Shown here one piece after another: positions 62,555 to 64,000 of a stretch of 64,000 nucleotides of DNA. The notes under the pieces were generated by a model. The model did not search any database, was not told the origin of the DNA, and worked only from the letters and a program-made list of their open reading frames with translations. Both the position numbers and the translations under genes were made by a program. This DNA comes from Methanomassiliicoccaceae archaeon (GTDB taxonomy: Archaea; Thermoplasmatota; Thermoplasmata; Methanomassiliicoccales; Methanomassiliicoccaceae). Where the stretch lies: NCBI GenBank assembly GCA_963728405.1, contig CAVSJV010000013.1:32001-96000 (forward strand), given 5' to 3'. How positions within the stretch are numbered: position 1 is the first letter of the stretch; each line of letters begins with the position of its first letter.

Positions 62555-63373
62555 ATGGTTAGGGCGGCCGTTTATATCAGGGTCTCTACTGAGGAGCAGG
62601 CGGAGGAGGGTTTCTCCCTGGAAGCGCAGGAAGATCGGTTGCTGGCCTACTGTGAGGCTCAGGGCTGGGATGTGGCTGGAGTTTATGCCGATAAGGGCCA
62701 TACTGGCCGCAAGATCAACACCCGTGACGCTTACAAAAAGATGCTGGATGATAGGGGTCTTTGGGATACGATTCTGGTGATGAAGATGGACCGTATCCAC
62801 CGTAACTCCAAGAACTTCATGATCATGATGGAGGACCTGGAGAAATGGGGCAAGAAGTTCACCTCCATGCAGGAAGAGCTGGACACATCCACATCCATCG
62901 GCCGATTTGTGGTGGACATGATCCAGCGTATCGCTCAGCTAGAATCTGAGCAGATCGGTGAGCGAACGTACATGGGGATGGCCCAGAAAGCTGAGACCGG
63001 CGGGCTCCTGGGATTCAACCCACCATTCGGCTATGAGATCGCCAATAACGATCTGAGTATCATCGAGGGCGAAGCCTCGGTGGTCAAGGAGATATTCGAA
63101 CTGTACAGCTCGGGCGGATCAATGAATGCCATTGCTATTTATCTCAATGGCCGCTCGATTTCCACCCGGAGGGGCGGTCGGTGGACCCTGTATTCGATCA
63201 GACAGATATTGCACAACCCGGCCTACGCAGGCTACCGGCGTTGGGATGGCTTTCTGGTCCCCAGCAACCATGTGTCCATCGTGGACCTGGCCGCCTTCAA
63301 CTATGTTCAGGAGTTATCCGCGAAACGGACAAAAGACCCCCGAAAGAGGACGGTCAAGAAACTGATCCCTTAG
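62555..63373 (+). CDS. Serine recombinase (resolvase + recombinase domains), copy 2
   Basis: YIRVSTEEQ, KMDRIHRN, PFGY, TRRGGRW, LHNPAYAG. Confidence 0.92.
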   Translation: MVRAAVYIRVSTEEQAEEGFSLEAQEDRLLAYCEAQGWDVAGVYADKGHTGRKINTRDAYKKMLDDRGLWDTILVMKMDRIHRNSKNFMIMMEDLEKWGKKFTSMQEELDTSTSIGRFVVDMIQRIAQLESEQIGERTYMGMAQKAETGGLLGFNPPFGYEIANNDLSIIEGEASVVKEIFELYSSGGSMNAIAIYLNGRSISTRRGGRWTLYSIRQILHNPAYAGYRRWDGFLVPSNHVSIVDLAAFNYVQELSAKRTKDPRKRTVKKLIP

Positions 63374-63415
63374 CCGACCTAACCTTTTTGTTATGTCCCG
63401 GGAATATAGGGGCAT

Positions 63416-64000
63416 ATGCCGGAACGATGGGCCCTTCAAAACAAGGACGCCGCATTTATGTGGTGCGAACACCGGAACGAGCTAGGGATCCGATGCATCC
63501 TGGATATCCTGGGTGGATATGGTCGCGAGGAGGAGCATGCCAAACTGTCCTACAATGCCTACATTGATCTGGCCAAAGAAATCGCCCGCCGGAAGCTCAA
63601 GGCATCTATATCGGTGAAGCCGTCCACCTTTGGCGGAACTATCAATCGGGACCTGACCAAGCGATTGGTCGAACAGCTGGGCGTTAACGTCCATAAACTG
63701 GGGGTAGGGTTCGAACTGGATATGGAAGGCCAACGAACCGTCGATCTCACGTTGCTTTTAGCGGAGGAATGCGCGCGCTCCGGCCTGCCCGTTACAATCG
63801 CTCTGCAGGCATATCTGAACCGTACTCCGCGGGACATCGAAAGGATGATGGACGCTGGGGTAAAGGTCCGTCTGGTCAAGGGTGCTTACACTGGTGATCT
63901 ATCTGATTACAATATGATTGCTGAGATCTACAAAGATCTGGTCGAGCTGGTCATATCTTACGATGTGCCATTCTGTGTGGCCACTCATGACCCAGACATT
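63416..64000 (+). CDS. Proline dehydrogenase family protein (runs off the window end)
   Basis: Read manually from ATG 63416: LDILG, SVKPSTFG, LDME, ALQAYLNRT..D, VRLVKGAY, ATHD. Confidence 0.88.
   Translation, partial: MPERWALQNKDAAFMWCEHRNELGIRCILDILGGYGREEEHAKLSYNAYIDLAKEIARRKLKASISVKPSTFGGTINRDLTKRLVEQLGVNVHKLGVGFELDMEGQRTVDLTLLLAEECARSGLPVTIALQAYLNRTPRDIERMMDAGVKVRLVKGAYTGDLSDYNMIAEIYKDLVELVISYDVPFCVATHDPDI

Noticed and set aside
1-64000. CRISPR arrays, rRNA genes, intact IS elements or prophage structural genes
   Set aside because: No regularly spaced repeats, rRNA signatures, transposase motifs or capsid/terminase-like ORFs were seen.

Overview
This is a GC-rich archaeal chromosomal segment. 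Evidence includes intron-containing tRNAs with BHB-type motifs, a thermosome subunit, archaeal DnaG, Trm1, NreA, FBP aldolase/phosphatase and TATA/oligo-T signals. Gene content suggests Thermoplasmatota, probably Methanomassiliicoccales (inference). Most genes are housekeeping: tRNA-Cys/cysK/cysE/cysS, dtxR-feoB, gltX, ubiD, purA, trm1, nadA, aspS, fbp-tpiA, dnaG, tldD-pmbA, larE/larB, nreA and thermosome. About 15 single-base frameshifts, some in essential genes, most likely reflect an error-prone assembly. The most notable observations: (1) a ~445-nt intergenic element after nadA (22848-23292) folds into a closed, multi-helix RNA with strand-consistent G-U pairs and matches no RNA family I recognise; (2) a decayed tyrosine-integrase element inserted into the 3' end of cysK and supplied a replacement C-terminus; (3) a four-gene prenyl cluster (GGR-like reductase, membrane protein, MenA-like prenyltransferase, long-chain polyprenyl synthase) of unknown product; (4) an AT-rich, palindrome-dense locus with an SSB-like gene and two tandem equal-length serine recombinases; (5) a PolX-PHP protein whose two active sites both look degenerate. 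All protein calls come from motif recognition by eye; no database searches or folding programs were run.
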